Below are positions 36,281 through 46,162 of a DNA stretch of 64,000 bases, piece after piece. The translations under genes were made by a program, and so were the position numbers. This stretch comes from a phage: the sequence record PZ379074.1; one strand, given 5' to 3'. Within the stretch, counting starts at the first letter, position 1, and the number at the start of each line of letters is the position of its first letter. The notes beneath the pieces were generated by a model. That model made no database searches. It had not been told where the DNA came from and saw only the letters and a program-made list of their open reading frames with translations.

Positions 36281-36766
36281 ATGACAAAATCAAAAATGAT
36301 AGAAAAACAAATTAAGGCGCTTCAATCTATGAAGGGTCTTACTGTTGAAGCAGGATGGTTTGATTCCACCAGATACCCTTCAGAAACTGGTGGAGAAGGC
36401 ATACTGGTGTCAGAAGTCGCGCGACTTAACGAATTTGGTCACATAGCCGTTTTGAACTTTGGACAAGGCCCAGTCAGGGTGGAAGTGCCACCCAGACCAT
36501 TCATGAGATATGCCTATGAATTATTCGTTAGTGAGCGCAGTGAAATAGAGAATAAAATTGCTAAAAAGATTTTTTCCGGTAAAATAGACGCTAGACAGGC
36601 ATTGGGTCAAATTGGGCTTGCGATGGAAGCAAAGATTGTCGAATCAATTAAAAACGGACCGTGGCAACCAAACGCCAGATATACTGTACGTGTGAAGGGA
36701 TTCGACAAGCCTTTGATTCACACCAGCCTCATGTGGCAATCTGTCAGCAGCCAAGTCATTAAATAA
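36281..36766 (+). CDS. Hypothetical structural protein
   Basis: ATG at 36281; start uncertain. Confidence 0.45.
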   Translation: MTKSKMIEKQIKALQSMKGLTVEAGWFDSTRYPSETGGEGILVSEVARLNEFGHIAVLNFGQGPVRVEVPPRPFMRYAYELFVSERSEIENKIAKKIFSGKIDARQALGQIGLAMEAKIVESIKNGPWQPNARYTVRVKGFDKPLIHTSLMWQSVSSQVIK

Positions 36767-36778
36767 GAGGACACCGAC

Positions 36779-38317
36779 GTGATCAGTCAATCTCGTTATA
36801 TTAAAATTGTATCAGGGGTCGGAGCAGGCGCGGCTGTTGCAGTTCGCAAACTGTCTCTTCGCGTCATGACTTCTAATACAGTTCTGCCGCCTGGCATTGT
36901 AGCAGAATTTTCAACGGCTGATGCTGTTGGATCATATTTCGGTTATTCTTCCGAAGAATATAAGCGCGCAGCATTATATTTTGGATTCATCAGCAAGCAA
37001 ATTAACTCACCTGATTCAATCAGCTTCTCGCGTATTGTTTCAACTGCGATTCCAGCAATGGTCATCGGTGATACTGAGCCTAAAGTGCTTGCCACGTTTC
37101 AAGCATTCACTGGCGCTATCTTAAGCATCACTTATGATGGCACAGACTACCTGACTGACGCAATTAACCTTTCAGCGGCAACAAGCCTGGCAAATGTGGC
37201 TGAACTTCTGGAAACGGCAATCAATACTAAATTCGCAGCAGAAGGTGGCACGTCGGTGCCTGCACTTGCTGATGCAGAAGTGTATTGGAACGCTAATACT
37301 CAGCAGTTCACGCTGGAAGCAGCGCCGTCGACCGCTGGTGCAGGCAATCTGTCTATCAACGTCACAGGCCAGCCGACCGACCCGTCTCAGGCATTGGGTT
37401 GGACCACCACTGGCACCGTAACCGTTGCAGGCCAGGGCGTTTCAAGTCCGGTAGAAGCCATCGCGGCATCTGTGGAAATCTCCAACAACTTTGGCTCATT
37501 CCTTTTTGCTGGGGCTGACCGAACTCTGGAAGAAATTACCGCTGTGGCAGCGTGGACTCATTCGCAGAATAACATGTACATGTATTTATTCTCGACTTCG
37601 TTCGCTAATATCGGGTCATACTACACCGCTCTGAAAGGGTACTCAGGCGTTGGCATGATGATTCGCGCAACTAACCTTGCCAACGATTACATCGACCAAG
37701 CACCTGCTGAAATCCTCGCGGCAACAAACTATAATACTGTGAATGCGACTCAAAACTACATGTATTATCAGTTTGATACTCGCAACGTGACTGTTTCAAC
37801 TGACTCTCGCGCAGATACTGCTGATCAAAACCGTGCGAACTACATCGGTGCTACTCAGCAGGCCGGACAAACCTTGGCATTCTTCCAGCGCGGCGTATTG
37901 ATGGGCGGGTCAACAGCAGCAGTTGATATGAACACTTATGCCAACGAAATGTGGCTCAAGTCTGCTATCACATCCCAGCTTTTCAGTATGTTCTTGAATC
38001 TGGGCCGTGTCCCTGCTAACGAAGAAGGGAAGGCGACTGTACAAGCCATGATTCAGGTTGCTGTGGATAACGCGAAGGTTAACGGCACCATCTCTGTTGG
38101 CAAGGCGCTGACTGAGATTCAGAAACAATACATCACGCAAACTTCCGGTGACAACACTGCTTGGCGGCAGGTTGAAACTATCGGTTACTGGCTGACTGTA
38201 GATTTTGATACTGAAACCACTTCCGATGGGCGCACCGAATACTATGCAACATACACGCTAATCTACTCTAAAGATGATGCTGTGCGTCGCGTTGAAGGTC
38301 GTGACGTTCTTATCTAA
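36779..38317 (+). CDS. Tail sheath protein
   Basis: 512-aa ORF, GTG start after AAGAGGA; size and position before tube gene. Confidence 0.75.
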   Translation: MISQSRYIKIVSGVGAGAAVAVRKLSLRVMTSNTVLPPGIVAEFSTADAVGSYFGYSSEEYKRAALYFGFISKQINSPDSISFSRIVSTAIPAMVIGDTEPKVLATFQAFTGAILSITYDGTDYLTDAINLSAATSLANVAELLETAINTKFAAEGGTSVPALADAEVYWNANTQQFTLEAAPSTAGAGNLSINVTGQPTDPSQALGWTTTGTVTVAGQGVSSPVEAIAASVEISNNFGSFLFAGADRTLEEITAVAAWTHSQNNMYMYLFSTSFANIGSYYTALKGYSGVGMMIRATNLANDYIDQAPAEILAATNYNTVNATQNYMYYQFDTRNVTVSTDSRADTADQNRANYIGATQQAGQTLAFFQRGVLMGGSTAAVDMNTYANEMWLKSAITSQLFSMFLNLGRVPANEEGKATVQAMIQVAVDNAKVNGTISVGKALTEIQKQYITQTSGDNTAWRQVETIGYWLTVDFDTETTSDGRTEYYATYTLIYSKDDAVRRVEGRDVLI

Positions 38318-38364
38318 ATAATTGCCGCCGTAACTGGCGGCCATCTCTCTGAGAGGAATCTGTA

Positions 38365-38832
38365 ATGATTAACGTTTCCGGTTTTGGCGCTTCGATTCGT
38401 TTAGTGGCATCAAACACTTTTCCAAATGGTGTAACTCTTTCTGATTTCGCAGATGATGCTGATCCGATTGACGCGCCTGATCTTCAAATCTCTGAAGCCG
38501 CAATGGGGCTTAACGGTGACCTGGTAGTCTGGAACCGTGCCAACCCTCTTGAAGTAGGCGTCAACATCATCCCTACTTCTGAAAGCGATGTAAACTTAGA
38601 TGTTCTGGCAGCGGCTAACCGTGTAGGCAAGCGCAAGAACTCTGCGAAAGACGTGATCACCCTTATTCTGACCTACCCTTCTGGCATGGTCATCACACTG
38701 AACAAGGGAACTTTGACGACTGGTTCAGTGATTCCTGGCATCCAGTCTCAGGGTCGTGTAAAAACACGTCAATATCGCTTTAAGTTTGAGAACGTAGTCA
38801 AAACTGGCGTGAGCAACCAAGAGATTTTATAA
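38365..38832 (+). CDS. Tail tube protein
   Basis: 155-aa ORF after sheath; paralogous to 39783 ORF. Confidence 0.65.
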   Translation: MINVSGFGASIRLVASNTFPNGVTLSDFADDADPIDAPDLQISEAAMGLNGDLVVWNRANPLEVGVNIIPTSESDVNLDVLAAANRVGKRKNSAKDVITLILTYPSGMVITLNKGTLTTGSVIPGIQSQGRVKTRQYRFKFENVVKTGVSNQEIL

Positions 38833-39161
38833 TGTATCAAATACCACTTGACAGCGTACCTAACCAGAATATCAGCTTTAACGTTGACGGTGCTTATTGG
38901 CAGCTGCACATATTCGCCGCAATTGAGCACATGTGCGCAGATGTTTACCGCAATGGCGAATTGTTGATTCAGGGGGTACGTTGTTTTGGTGGTATACCAA
39001 TGGTGCCTTATAAATATCTCATGATTGGGTACGGCAATTTTATTTTTGACAGCACACCCGATTATGAGAATTTTAACTCTGGCAGCTGTAATTTATATTA
39101 CATGTCAGAATCTGAGTTGGCTGAATTCCAGAAAACTGCTGAAGCGGAGTTTGCAATTTGA
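38832..39161 (+). CDS. Hypothetical tail protein
   Basis: 109-aa ORF. Confidence 0.5.
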   Translation: MYQIPLDSVPNQNISFNVDGAYWQLHIFAAIEHMCADVYRNGELLIQGVRCFGGIPMVPYKYLMIGYGNFIFDSTPDYENFNSGSCNLYYMSESELAEFQKTAEAEFAI

Positions 39162-39514
39162 CAACTCTAACGATTGAAGTTAATGATAACAACGACCTGT
39201 TTCTGCCTGATGGAAGAAATTTGAATATTCTGTCAGGAGAAAAGGCCATCGTACAAGTTATCAAGGCAGCGCATCAAATGCGACTTGGTGAAGACTTGTA
39301 CGATGTTGAAAACGGAGTCGATTATTTAGGCACTGTTTTCAAATCGCCCGTTGATGAAGACGGTGCGAGAAAGTCGATTGCAGATGCTATTCTGAAGAAA
39401 GCAGACGTTGCCGGAATCGACTCATTGACTGTCACCATCCAAAACGGTATTCTTGGATTCACCGCTGAAGTGGTGACTATTTATGGCGAACGTATAAAGG
39501 TGAGTAATCAATAA
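39158..39514 (+). CDS. Hypothetical tail protein
   Basis: TTG start overlapping upstream stop. Confidence 0.4.
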   Translation: MTTLTIEVNDNNDLFLPDGRNLNILSGEKAIVQVIKAAHQMRLGEDLYDVENGVDYLGTVFKSPVDEDGARKSIADAILKKADVAGIDSLTVTIQNGILGFTAEVVTIYGERIKVSNQ

Positions 39515-39780
39515 TGGCACAAGTAATTCATTTTGCTAATGGCGTCATGAAATTTGGCGAAAAATTTGAAGACGCATCGGAATTATTCAAAAAGACTTCA
39601 AACCATGTTGCGGAGAAGAAAGCACAGGTTGAAGAGAAGGCAGTGGAATCGAAAGTTGATTTTGATTCAATGAGCGTCTCTGAATTGAAGGCTTATGCAA
39701 AGGAACATGAGATTGACATCAAAGGTCTTTCTTATAAGGATGAAATTCTTGCAGCAGTTAAATCTGCATCTGCGGAGTAA
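39514..39780 (+). CDS. Hypothetical protein
   Basis: 88-aa ORF. Confidence 0.5.
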   Translation: MAQVIHFANGVMKFGEKFEDASELFKKTSNHVAEKKAQVEEKAVESKVDFDSMSVSELKAYAKEHEIDIKGLSYKDEILAAVKSASAE

Positions 39781-39782
39781 AC

Positions 39783-40280
39783 ATGGTCAATATTAGTGGA
39801 TTTGGCACAAGCATTAGAATTGTCGCTCTCCAATCTTTTCCTGTTGGGCTGAATATCAGTTCTTTGTCTGATGACCAGGATTCGCTAATTATTGAGGAAG
39901 TTGAATCAGTAGGCTATCAACTTACTTATGACGGCGGCATTTGTATTTATGACAAGGCCGCCGTCGTTCGCGTATCCATTGCAGTGATCCCAAACACTGA
40001 AGACGACATAAATCTAAAGCTTTTGCTTTCCGCTCGTAAAGGCGGATTCAAGTGGCTTCCTATCCAGGATGTCACATCAATGCTTATTACATATCCTGAT
40101 GGCGGCAGAGTAGCATTTTCGAACGGGACCATCATCAGCGGTCCGCTTGGCGACTCCATTGAGCAATCAGGTCGTCGCAAGACAAACAGATACACATTCG
40201 TGTTTGCCAGCTACGGCGGCGCACAGAGCACATCGCAAATTGCAAAAGGCGTGGTGCAGAGCATATTGGGGTCAATTTAA
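39783..40280 (+). CDS. Tail tube-like protein (paralog of 38365..38832)
   Basis: N-terminus MVNISGFGTSIRIVALQSFPVGLNISSLSDDQD aligns with MINVSGFGASIRLVASNTFPNGVTLSDFADDAD. Confidence 0.6.
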   Translation: MVNISGFGTSIRIVALQSFPVGLNISSLSDDQDSLIIEEVESVGYQLTYDGGICIYDKAAVVRVSIAVIPNTEDDINLKLLLSARKGGFKWLPIQDVTSMLITYPDGGRVAFSNGTIISGPLGDSIEQSGRRKTNRYTFVFASYGGAQSTSQIAKGVVQSILGSI

Positions 40281-40813
40281 TGGCTATCGATTTATTGTCA
40301 TATAGTCTTTCAAACAGAAGCTTCAAAATAAGAAGCTTCAACCTTGGGGAAGTGTCAACGCTTGGTTGGGCTATTGTTAACGTAAAAATAAGACTCCAAG
40401 CAAAGATATTCAAAAACCAAAGGGAAGACGGAAGCTATATCGTCGATGGCAGAGTCAAAATGCCTAGAATATTGACTGTGACTGTAATAGCACAGACAAA
40501 AAGCGCGTCCGACGCAATCACAAAGATGTTGCAGAATAGGTCCACGATATACACAATAAATTCTCGTGGGCTAATCTTTGAACGTATGGTGCTGCAAAAT
40601 AACAATTTCAGCCAAGATGCTGACAATATAACCTCACAACCCATACAACTGGTCTTCCATGAGATATTAACACAGCAGGATGTGTCTATTCAAACAGCGC
40701 AAGCAGCCGACTCCACTGTCATTGAGCGCGGCATCGCTTATATAAAAGAGACTACTGCCAGCGTCACTGGCGTTGCAACAAAGGTGATGAATGGCATCAA
40801 GGGGATGTTCTGA
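40280..40813 (+). CDS. Hypothetical tail protein
   Basis: 177-aa ORF. Confidence 0.5.
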   Translation: MAIDLLSYSLSNRSFKIRSFNLGEVSTLGWAIVNVKIRLQAKIFKNQREDGSYIVDGRVKMPRILTVTVIAQTKSASDAITKMLQNRSTIYTINSRGLIFERMVLQNNNFSQDADNITSQPIQLVFHEILTQQDVSIQTAQAADSTVIERGIAYIKETTASVTGVATKVMNGIKGMF

Positions 40814-41373
40814 TGGACTTTGTTTCGATTCTGCTCTCTGGTCAATCTCTGACCATAACGAATGAGTCAACAGGGATTCCTGTATGGACAAAGCTTTCTC
40901 CAGTGTCTGCAGAAATAACATCACCAGCAGAAACTACTCAATTTCCACTTGCTGGAACGGCGATGCAGGTGGTGGAAGTATCAAGCACATCCTCAGTAAG
41001 CAATTTACAGGCGGCAAAAGTAATAATGCCAGCGCACATGGCGCTAAACGTAATTTGCAATGACCAATCGACTATTGAAAACATAATTAATACATTCGAC
41101 AATGATGAAGTTACATTTTCAATAACTTCTCGAAGCATAATTGCAAGCAAAATGTCGATGTCTGATGTCGAAATAACTCAGTCAGAAGAAAACCTGAATG
41201 GAGTCTCAATTGTAATAACATTTGAACAGACGTCATTTAGTATTCAGGGAAGCTTTGACCCTAAACAGTCCGCAGATGAATCGTCAAATGGCGTGGCTAT
41301 TAAAGAGCCAGTCAGTTTGACTACAACTGTGAGTTCGTTATATAATAAAATAAAATCAACAGTAGGAATATAA
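40813..41373 (+). CDS. Hypothetical tail protein
   Basis: 186-aa ORF. Confidence 0.5.
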   Translation: MDFVSILLSGQSLTITNESTGIPVWTKLSPVSAEITSPAETTQFPLAGTAMQVVEVSSTSSVSNLQAAKVIMPAHMALNVICNDQSTIENIINTFDNDEVTFSITSRSIIASKMSMSDVEITQSEENLNGVSIVITFEQTSFSIQGSFDPKQSADESSNGVAIKEPVSLTTTVSSLYNKIKSTVGI

Positions 41374-41374
41374 A

Positions 41375-41791
41375 ATGAAGATCACCAATAAACAAACTGG
41401 TCGCAAAGTAGAAATTAAAATCAGCAAAATGACTGCGATGGAAGGTTGGAACATACAGCGCCGATTCATCGAATTTGCAATGTCAAAAGACCCCGCCTTT
41501 CGTTCAGAATACACAATGGAAGTATTAAGCTTTGCGAAGGTTGAACTTGATGTCGGGCAAGAAATTCCTCTGAGCACTGGCGCACTTATTGACAACCATC
41601 TTGGCGACTGGGAAAACTTAAAATTGGTTTTCGAAGCGGTGTTGATGGAAAACGGAATCAACCCAGAGACTCACGCTGAACGTGAAGGATACTGGGAACA
41701 AGCTGGCGGCGAAATGGCTGCAGCATTTATTGGCGAATCGATGCGATTAATCGCGCCATTCCTCAGCGGCGAGACTCCAAACAAGGGGTAA
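41375..41791 (+). CDS. Putative tail assembly chaperone
   Basis: 138-aa ORF immediately upstream of tape measure gene. Confidence 0.45.
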   Translation: MKITNKQTGRKVEIKISKMTAMEGWNIQRRFIEFAMSKDPAFRSEYTMEVLSFAKVELDVGQEIPLSTGALIDNHLGDWENLKLVFEAVLMENGINPETHAEREGYWEQAGGEMAAAFIGESMRLIAPFLSGETPNKG

Positions 41792-41794
41792 ACT

Positions 41795-43975
41795 GTGTCT
41801 GACTCATTAGAAAAATTTGTTCTTCAATATACGGTGGACTTGAAAGAGTCCATCAATCGTCTTGAGCAATTGCAAGATAAGGTTGATCAGACAAACAAAA
41901 AGGCAAAGTCCGCTGGTAAAGACTTCACCGGAGCATTCAAAGATGTGTTTGGTGAGCTGAAGCCTCTCACAGCTGAACTGGGGTCTATTGACGGAATCCT
42001 TGCGCGGCTTACTTATCGTTTTGCCGCGCTTGTTCCTGTTGTCGCAGGATTGGCTGTCGTCGTCAAATCCATTGTTGATGTTCGAAAAGAATATGAAGCG
42101 CAAAGGAAGCTGGGATTTGAAGCAGGTCTTTCACCAATCGGAGTGGAACAGCTACAGCGACAATTGAATGAAAGTTCAGGTGGCATTCTTGGTGCGCAGG
42201 GGTCAAGGGATTTGATCAGCAAGGCTTCTAATCTCGCATTCAACGCGTACACCAACCCCGATGTGATGAACAAGGACAACTTGCTGCTGAACAAGATGGG
42301 GACCAGTCCTTTCAACAGTAACGGCGGCATCAAAGACACAAACCAGCTGCTTGATGAAATTGGCACAAAGCTGAGAAGTGTGAATGAGCAGACCGCTCGT
42401 GCTATTGGTGCTCTGGCAGGTTTTACCGCCGATGAAGTCCGTGCGCTTCGTGAGCGAAATCAATCAGTCAAAGAAAGCACCCGTATAAGCGACGAAGAAA
42501 CGGCGAAGCTGCAAAGACAGCAGGCTGCGCTTGAAACGATACGAAACAGCATGGGCCAAATTCAAGAAGACTGGCGACGCATTGAACTGGTAATCGGCGA
42601 GAACGTGATGCCAGCATTCTCGACGCTTGTCAGCAAGACTGCCGATACAGTCGAAGGATTCCAGATGATGTTCCAAAGAATGTCTGATGGATGGTCTGAA
42701 TTTGTCGACAATTTCATCGCTGACTTGAAGCACCCGTTTGATAAACAGGCGGCTGTCAACGAGCGCCACGAGCGTGCCGTTGATAGATGGATCACTCAGA
42801 TGGCCGACGGCGATGTGAAACGCCAGAGGAACCAGGAGCAAAACGCGGCTGAACAACGTTCTGCGCAAGCACTTTTCACTCGCGACATCAACCTGTTTTC
42901 AAGCGCCGTTTCAACCTTTGCTGGTGTTATTGATGAGCGACAAGCGTGGGCTGCATGGGCTGGTGAGATAGGACGAAGCGCAGGCCAATCCGCAATGCCT
43001 GGCACACCAGCACTAAGCACTGGTGCGACCGTAGGCAACAACTTGGGGTCAGGAAATCCGACTGCATATGACTCAATCTATGAGGAAGCTTCCAAGCGTT
43101 ATGGAATCCCTGTTGCGATGATGAAGGCTGTCACAGAAGTCGAATCTGGATTCAACCCTAATGCCGTAAGCGGAGCAGGCGCGACCGGATTGATGCAAAT
43201 AATGCCTTCCAACTTCAAGGGACTTGGCATCACAGACGGTAACGACCCAAGACAAAACATTATGGGCGGCGCTCAACTTCTCAAGGAATATTTAACCGCT
43301 GCCAATGGCGATTGGAATCTTGCTCTGACGATGTATCACGGCGGATACGACCGCAGCGGATGGGGAAAGAACACCCGTGCGTATCCTGGAAAGGTGATGG
43401 CTGCTCTCGACCGACAGGCGAATGGAGAATACGCCACAGGAGCGCCGCAAGGTGCACCAGTGACTCCAGTCCTTAGCGGTAGCGGAGCAGAAGCACCAAA
43501 AGGCAGCTACGCCCCAGTACAGGGCCAATCCCGCCAAACGGTGCAATACAGACAATTGCAAGAAGCCATTGCAGGATACCTAAACGTGCCAGTTGAGCAG
43601 TTGATGCAAGGGCAAGTTAACAAAGGTGATATTGACTTTGCTCAAACTTACCTTAAACTTGGAACGCAAAGGGATTATATTAAAAACATGCAGCTGGCTT
43701 CAACTCCAGGTGTAAGACCGAACATTCAGGCCGAAGCGATGAAGAATGCGCGTCTTGCGGCATTTCAGCTTGAGGCATTCCAGAAATACGGTGGCGACCT
43801 TTCCGCGAATAGTCGACCTGGTGGGCGTGATATTACTATGGGTCAGAAAAACGTTGTCATCAACGTTAACGGCGCTCAAGACCCACGAAGCACGGCATTT
43901 GAAACAAAACGAGTGCTTGAACAAGATGATATCAACGACATAAACAACCTTACTGCTACACCTTTGAAGTGGTGA
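41795..43975 (+). CDS. Tail tape measure protein with lytic transglycosylase (SLT) domain
   Basis: 726-aa ORF, GTG start; coiled-coil N-terminal half; ES...GATGLMQIMPSNF...TMYHGG motifs. Confidence 0.8.
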   Translation: MSDSLEKFVLQYTVDLKESINRLEQLQDKVDQTNKKAKSAGKDFTGAFKDVFGELKPLTAELGSIDGILARLTYRFAALVPVVAGLAVVVKSIVDVRKEYEAQRKLGFEAGLSPIGVEQLQRQLNESSGGILGAQGSRDLISKASNLAFNAYTNPDVMNKDNLLLNKMGTSPFNSNGGIKDTNQLLDEIGTKLRSVNEQTARAIGALAGFTADEVRALRERNQSVKESTRISDEETAKLQRQQAALETIRNSMGQIQEDWRRIELVIGENVMPAFSTLVSKTADTVEGFQMMFQRMSDGWSEFVDNFIADLKHPFDKQAAVNERHERAVDRWITQMADGDVKRQRNQEQNAAEQRSAQALFTRDINLFSSAVSTFAGVIDERQAWAAWAGEIGRSAGQSAMPGTPALSTGATVGNNLGSGNPTAYDSIYEEASKRYGIPVAMMKAVTEVESGFNPNAVSGAGATGLMQIMPSNFKGLGITDGNDPRQNIMGGAQLLKEYLTAANGDWNLALTMYHGGYDRSGWGKNTRAYPGKVMAALDRQANGEYATGAPQGAPVTPVLSGSGAEAPKGSYAPVQGQSRQTVQYRQLQEAIAGYLNVPVEQLMQGQVNKGDIDFAQTYLKLGTQRDYIKNMQLASTPGVRPNIQAEAMKNARLAAFQLEAFQKYGGDLSANSRPGGRDITMGQKNVVINVNGAQDPRSTAFETKRVLEQDDINDINNLTATPLKW

Positions 43976-43979
43976 TAAT

Positions 43980-44852
43980 TTGAAAAAGAGAATCCTTAAA
44001 GTCACCTTATCTATGCCGGATGGCACAAGCCAAGTTCTTGATGAAGGATTGATGCTTAGATGTCGAATCAAAAAGGCAGCACTTTCCGTTCAGAATAAGG
44101 CTACGATTGAAGTCGCAGGATTGACAGGGTACTTGAGAGAGTACCTGCTTTCCAACTTCACGGCATTCAACAAACGCCTGCGTGATCAAGGTCAGTTGGC
44201 GGCGAACTACGTTAACGTGACTATTGAAGCTGGATACAGAGAAGGGAGCGTAATCAGCAGCAACTTGGTATACAAGGGACAGGTGACGACAGTTGAGATC
44301 ACAGCACCGCCGCCGAATATTGTAATCAGAATCACTTGCTACACCAACCAAATAAACAGAACGAAGTTCATAACTCAAGCCGCGCCATCCAACCCGACTT
44401 TCAAAGAGTTTGTGGAATGGTCTGCAAAACAAATGGACATCGATACTGTTATTTGTGATACGTCGATTAACAATCAGCGCCTTGTGAACCCAGGAAGAAC
44501 GACATATGTTGCTGCTGCGCTGCTGCTTGAGATCCAGAACTATCAACGCAACTCAATCGCAGCATACATTGATGACGATACGTTAATTGTTAAGGATAAA
44601 GACAAAATTCTAAATCCAGACCAGATTACAGTCATTGAGGAATTTGTCGGAATACCGATGTGGAACGAGTGGGGTGCAGACTTCACTTGTATGTATAACG
44701 CAGATTTGAAGCTTGCACAAGGTGTTAAATTCAAATCAGTCTTAAACCCAAGCTTGAACGACACCACATTCGTCATCATGCAACTTGAATATGATTTAGC
44801 AAGTCGTGATGACATATTTACGGTGACGGGCGGCGTTGCACCATCGGCCTAA
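43980..44852 (+). CDS. Tail/baseplate protein
   Basis: 290-aa ORF, TTG start. Confidence 0.5.
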   Translation: MKKRILKVTLSMPDGTSQVLDEGLMLRCRIKKAALSVQNKATIEVAGLTGYLREYLLSNFTAFNKRLRDQGQLAANYVNVTIEAGYREGSVISSNLVYKGQVTTVEITAPPPNIVIRITCYTNQINRTKFITQAAPSNPTFKEFVEWSAKQMDIDTVICDTSINNQRLVNPGRTTYVAAALLLEIQNYQRNSIAAYIDDDTLIVKDKDKILNPDQITVIEEFVGIPMWNEWGADFTCMYNADLKLAQGVKFKSVLNPSLNDTTFVIMQLEYDLASRDDIFTVTGGVAPSA

Positions 44853-44854
44853 AT

Positions 44855-45376
44855 ATGAGAAAGAATAAAGTAATTGAGTTGTTTGGAGTTACTTATGAAA
44901 TACATCAATTCAGCGCAATAGATGCGTTTGAAATGGTTGATGCGATAAGCATATTAACTCCACTTGAATTATTAAGTGAATGTCATGTTATTAAATATGA
45001 CGGAACTAAAGTCAGGTTGAATTCTGAGAAGGCCATCAGTGAAGAAGTGAAAAGTGTGCCAAATCACTTGCCGCCCAACCTTGTATTGAAAGTTCTAATG
45101 GAAGCGGTAAAGAAGCACAATTTTGGATTCCTCAGTGATTGGAAAGGCACTAAGATTCCAAATAGATTCTTGGCTGATGTTCCGACCGTAGAGCCTAATT
45201 ATCTTGAGCCGATGGTTGCAAGCCTAATAAACAATGGTCTTGCTTCGTTAAAAGAATTGGAAGAATATTATTCATTGCGTGATGCATTCGCTATGTTTGA
45301 TGGACTAATAGCAAAATCACTTAATGAAGCCTACTCAAACGAAGCTGCCATTAAAGAATCAAAGTCAAATCGCTAA
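44855..45376 (+). CDS. Hypothetical baseplate-region protein
   Basis: 173-aa ORF. Confidence 0.5.
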   Translation: MRKNKVIELFGVTYEIHQFSAIDAFEMVDAISILTPLELLSECHVIKYDGTKVRLNSEKAISEEVKSVPNHLPPNLVLKVLMEAVKKHNFGFLSDWKGTKIPNRFLADVPTVEPNYLEPMVASLINNGLASLKELEEYYSLRDAFAMFDGLIAKSLNEAYSNEAAIKESKSNR

Positions 45377-45433
45377 AATATTGCTTATAGACTCCTTATA
45401 GATTATAATTTGTTGATCAGATATAAGGAGTCT

Positions 45434-46162
45434 ATGATGGCAGAAAAGTTAACCCAACTTACAAGCCCCAACCAAACTGACAAATCAAGTATGTTTGCCG
45501 CGCTGCAGGGAATGCTGGACCGTGGCAAGTATACCACTGACGGCATGATTCCTGCACAAGTAATATCTTATGACCGCAAACAGAATTTAGCAGTCATAAA
45601 GCCTGTTATTCATTTCGTAAGTCTTGATGATAAACCAGTGGAGCGTCAACCACTGGTGTCAATTCCTGTATTGGCAATCGGCGGCGGCGGCTTCGTAATC
45701 AACTTTCCTCTGAAAGAGGGTGATTTGGGCTGGATATTCGCTGGCGACCGCGAGTTGTCGACATTCCTTGAAGAATTGAAGCCGACCGCGCCTACCAATG
45801 GCCGCGTGAAAACTTTCGCTGATGGACTGTTCATACCGGATGTATTTCGAAAATACACTATAAGCGGAGAGGATGCAGGCTCAATGGTAATCCAGTCACT
45901 CAGCGGCGCTGTCCGCATTGCATTAAGTGATGACTCGATAAACATAACTGCATCGGCTGGAGTAAATGTGAAAACACCAATAACCACTATCGACCAACAA
46001 TTGATAGTTAATGGAAAGGCAACGTTCAATGGTGGTATAGAAGGGAAAGAAGGAACGACGGCAACGCTTCCGACTGGCACAACAATCGGCGGCACAAATG
46101 TATCCACTCACGGTCACATAGGTAACGGACCTGGAAACAGAACTGGGGATATGATAGAATGA
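45434..46162 (+). CDS. Baseplate spike/hub protein (gpV-like)
   Basis: ATG at 45434 after AAGGAG; Gly-rich central segment. Confidence 0.55.
   Translation: MMAEKLTQLTSPNQTDKSSMFAALQGMLDRGKYTTDGMIPAQVISYDRKQNLAVIKPVIHFVSLDDKPVERQPLVSIPVLAIGGGGFVINFPLKEGDLGWIFAGDRELSTFLEELKPTAPTNGRVKTFADGLFIPDVFRKYTISGEDAGSMVIQSLSGAVRIALSDDSINITASAGVNVKTPITTIDQQLIVNGKATFNGGIEGKEGTTATLPTGTTIGGTNVSTHGHIGNGPGNRTGDMIE

Noticed and set aside
42013-43561. Several minus-strand track ORFs inside the tape measure gene
   Set aside because: Antisense to a long, well-supported structural gene.
44007-44815. Minus-strand ORFs 44007..44546 and 44543..44815
   Set aside because: Antisense to the plus-strand tail/baseplate gene in an otherwise uninterrupted plus-strand operon.
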